Assembly (NCBI GenBank): GCA_000004985.1
Contig: GG739382.1
From: Naegleria gruberi
Taxonomy: Eukaryota
Strand: one strand, 5' to 3'
Length of the DNA: 1,559 bases
Below are positions 1 to 1,559 of the stretch, piece by piece. The notes under the pieces were generated by a model that did not search any database, had not been told where the DNA came from, and saw only the letters and a list, made by a program, of their open reading frames with translations. Each line of letters opens with the position of its first letter. Position 1 is the first letter of the stretch. A program made the position numbers and the translations under genes.

Positions 1-36
1 TAAACCCATTCAATTATATCATATCCATGGAACTTG

Positions 37-348
37 ATGAGAAGAAGTACAGAATCACAGAAGGAAATTGAGGAAAAGATGGAAAATTTCTCCAGTGTTA
101 TACCAGATCAGTCAGATGTTGGATATCTCGATACTTTCATAAAGAATAATTCCAAGAAACGTTCGATTGAAGATTTGGATGGAAGTAAACTGGTAGAAAT
201 GAACAGAAAGCTACTGAAACTGTCCAAGGATTTAAAAACAGAAAATGAAGAGTTGAAAGAATCTAAAAAAGCTCTAGAGAAAGAAAATTTAAAGCAAAAG
301 AATTTACTCCTCGCTCTAAGGGCCATGATGGATGCGTCTAGTCTGTAA
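37..348 (+). CDS. Small (~103 aa) K/E-rich coiled-coil protein with a C-terminal leucine zipper of five consecutive heptad leucines. It is complete in the window. The track starts at 34 with TTG; the first ATG is at 37 and an alternative in-frame ATG lies at 79.
   Basis: Frame 1 is an uninterrupted ORF from the stop TAA at 1-3 to the stop TAA at 346-348. Leu occupies every 7th residue at nt 190-192, 211-213, 232-234, 253-255 and 274-276, and again at 316-318, with polar residues (N/S/N/K/N) at the a positions. AGA dominates the Arg codons, as in yeast. The antisense 72-aa ORF is a low-complexity F/S shadow. This is protein-like composition only, with no homology checked. Confidence 0.6.
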   Translation: MRRSTESQKEIEEKMENFSSVIPDQSDVGYLDTFIKNNSKKRSIEDLDGSKLVEMNRKLLKLSKDLKTENEELKESKKALEKENLKQKNLLLALRAMMDASSL

Positions 349-460
349 TTTTAATAGATAAACCAGTTCTCCCCTATATTCAAGATTCCACAAGCTCAAT
401 TTTCCAACAAACAAGAAAAAAAGGATTACAAAATCTTTAAAAAAAATTTATAATACCGAT
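349..460 (+). terminator. Probable 3'-UTR and yeast-type 3'-end processing region of gene 1. It carries a TATATT efficiency-like element (375-380), an A7 tract (416-422), an A8 tract (439-446) and TATAATA (449-455).
   Basis: It lies immediately downstream of the TAA at 346-348. The AT-rich UA-repeat and A-rich elements match the loose yeast efficiency and positioning element pattern. Yeast poly(A) signals are degenerate, so this is a weak call. Confidence 0.3.
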
Positions 461-782
461 TATTATACACTACAATTTTTCGAATCTATTCAGATTCTCG
501 ACCAAGCACTCTTGTGATGGTGTACTTTTGGAGTGTGTATCGTAGGAACAAAGTTCATTCACAGCTTCGTCATTGGACGGGGACTTTTAGGAGTGGAGTT
601 ATCGCCTAGCCTTTAAGTTGCATAGTTGGAAACTAACCAAGAGTTAGACCGTGACTAATGGAAACCATAGGGAAAGTAAACATCGCGAAATAATAGAAAA
701 TTAAATGGGGAAGCATCTGAAATATCTGTCAAGGATATCGAGAAGGTGATCCAATACCATCTCTTACGCTGCAATAAAATTC

Positions 783-790
783 TTACGTAA
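783..790. promoter_or_regulatory. Perfect 8-bp palindrome TTACGTAA, the bZIP (Yap/PAR-type) half-site arrangement, ~330 bp upstream of the gene 2 ATG.
   Basis: Read directly from tcTTACGTAAcgtt. It overlaps a second palindrome, AACGTT (789-794). The flanking 7-mer TCTTACG is directly repeated at 762-768 and 781-787. Confidence 0.3.
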
Positions 791-799
791 CGTTCTACA

Positions 800-870
800 A
801 TATCTATTCTCTTTGATTATATTCTTATAAAATTTCCTTTCTGTTCATAATTAAATCATTACTCTCCACG
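800..870 (+). promoter_or_regulatory. T-rich, pyrimidine-rich tract with a TATAAA(A) core at 826-832. It is a candidate nucleosome-depleted core promoter for gene 2.
   Basis: tattctctttgattatattcTTATAAAATttcctttctgttc. The core matches TATAAA but deviates from the strict TATAWAWR 8-mer at the last position. It lies ~290 bp upstream of ATG 1121, which is long but possible for a yeast 5' leader. A weaker TATATG sits at 944-949. Confidence 0.25.
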
Positions 871-1120
871 CCTCGGTATCTTTACATTGTTTTGCCCGTG
901 CTAAACTAAAGAAACCTGCTTTAAATCTTTGACAGAAGATAGCTATATGTTATTCTACAGACAAGAATAAACAATACATAGTTTGAATCCATCTAAACCT
1001 CGATGCCGAAAGTTACGGCGATAGTTTAGCGCTGTGCTACTTGCATCTTGGTCAATCTAGAAAACCGCACAAACGTACTAGACGTTGAGGTATTTTTTTG
1101 AGGGACGATCTTTAAAAAAA

Positions 1121-1559
1121 ATGAATCAAAACCTCTTCAGCTCGGAATTACTTTCCCTCCTCAACAATACAAACTCAACGTTTAGCGATGAAGTATCTTT
1201 GGGTAGTAATTTAAATAATAATACAAAAAATGCAATAAATATTGATGATGAAGAAGAGGAGATCGGATTTCAAGACTCGGCAGAAAAGGAATTTATTAAT
1301 AATATTCCACAATTAGGATTATATTTCGAACCAAAGGAAAAGATTTCAAATAATTCATCAATACCCAATGATTTCCTTCAATATAATTTTATTAGAGTTC
1401 CTCCCATTATTTCGGAAGAGGAAAGGAAATCGTCTCTGTCAATGATTTGTGATGGAGAAATTATTAAAATTTCAAAGCCACAAGACGAAAAATCATCGGC
1501 AGATATTGAATTGCATAGTATGGAAAGAATGAAAAATAATTTATATGATAATTTGGAGT
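1121..1559 (+). CDS. 5'-complete, 3'-truncated CDS (>=146 codons, running off the window end). The N-terminus is Asn/Ser-rich and acidic: MNQNLFSSELLSLLNNTNSTFSDEVSLGSNLNNNTKNAINIDDEEEEIGFQD... Function unknown; it resembles the disordered region of a yeast regulatory protein.
   Basis: Hand translation of frame 2 from ATG 1121 to nt 1558 has no stop. The ATG sits in the ideal yeast context (tttAAAAAAAATGa, A7 at 1114-1120). Codon usage matches gene 1. The six-frame track omits it, presumably because it has no stop inside the window. Confidence 0.65.
   Translation, partial: MNQNLFSSELLSLLNNTNSTFSDEVSLGSNLNNNTKNAINIDDEEEEIGFQDSAEKEFINNIPQLGLYFEPKEKISNNSSIPNDFLQYNFIRVPPIISEEERKSSLSMICDGEIIKISKPQDEKSSADIELHSMERMKNNLYDNLE

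Noticed and set aside
3-15. AAACCCATTCAAT, which resembles the Rap1 site ACACCCATACAT
   Set aside because: It lacks the critical C of the CACCC core and has further mismatches. It also sits at the window edge, so it is not supportable.
116-125. TGTTGGATAT, which resembles the TGTTGGAATA terminus of the Ty1 delta LTR
   Set aside because: It is a single 10-mer inside gene 1, with no matching CAACA end and no LTR-length similarity. It is a chance match.
108-326. 72-aa ORF on the minus strand, nested inside gene 1
   Set aside because: It is the antisense of a K/E-rich coiled-coil, so GAA and AAA read as TTC and TTT. This gives an F/S-rich low-complexity 'protein' with no start context, which is a classic shadow ORF.
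479-486. tRNA B-box-like fragments: TTCGAATC at 479-486, TTCGAACC at 1325-1332 and GTTCGATTG at ~162-170
   Set aside because: None has the full GGTTCGANTCC, an upstream A box (TRGCNNAGTGG) at the correct spacing, or a cloverleaf. Two of them lie inside coding sequence.
514-719. C/D-box snoRNA model on the + strand (TGATGG at 514-519 with CTGA at 716-719), or on the - strand (TGACGA opposite ~566-572 with CTGA opposite ~490-496)
   Set aside because: Neither C-like box matches RUGAUGA exactly. The C-to-D distance on the + strand (~200 nt) is long. I could find no terminal stem pairing the flanks and no obvious rRNA antisense element. It is kept only as part of the general ncRNA-candidate finding.
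1072-1086. AACGT-ACTAG-ACGTT inverted repeat, and other 5-6 bp palindromes (GATATC 734-739, AGCGCT ~1028-1033)
   Set aside because: Stems of this length occur by chance many times in 1.5 kb of AT-rich DNA. There is no extended complementarity and no repeat of the unit elsewhere.
1-1559. Reading the window as low-GC bacterial DNA, for example GAGGA-N4-ATG at 70-81 as an SD-driven start
   Set aside because: A 772-bp gene-free spacer, an A7-ATG initiation context, Asn-run low-complexity proteins, AGA-dominated Arg codons and yeast-like TATA and poly(A) elements all fit a budding yeast far better. No operon-like packing is present.

Overview
This 1559-bp window looks like a stretch of budding-yeast (Saccharomycetales-type) nuclear DNA, not a prokaryotic locus. 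It is AT-rich (coding ~38% GC, flanking spacer 17-25% GC). It holds two same-strand (+) protein-coding genes separated by a 772-bp ORF-free spacer (349-1120). Gene 1 (37..348, complete) encodes a ~103-aa K/E-rich protein whose C-terminal half is a textbook leucine zipper. An in-frame TAA at 1-3 closes this frame upstream, so the ORF is complete in the window, but the start codon is ambiguous (ATG37 or ATG79). Gene 2 (1121..>1559, 3'-truncated) starts at an ATG preceded by seven A's, the classic yeast initiation context. It encodes an Asn/Ser/acidic low-complexity N-terminus that I cannot assign to a family. The spacer must carry gene 1's 3'-end processing signals and gene 2's promoter, which shows a T-rich tract, a TATAAA core and a TTACGTAA palindrome. 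It also has a GC-enriched core (~481-660 at 42-47% GC, against 17-23% in the flanks) that is dense in short inverted repeats. That core is the only place where an unannotated ncRNA or regulatory element could plausibly lie, but I could not fit a convincing tRNA, C/D-box or H/ACA snoRNA or LTR model to it by eye. I see no defence island, operon, CRISPR or mobile element here. My honest assessment is an ordinary tandem gene pair with a moderately interesting intergenic region. I did not recognise either protein well enough to name it.
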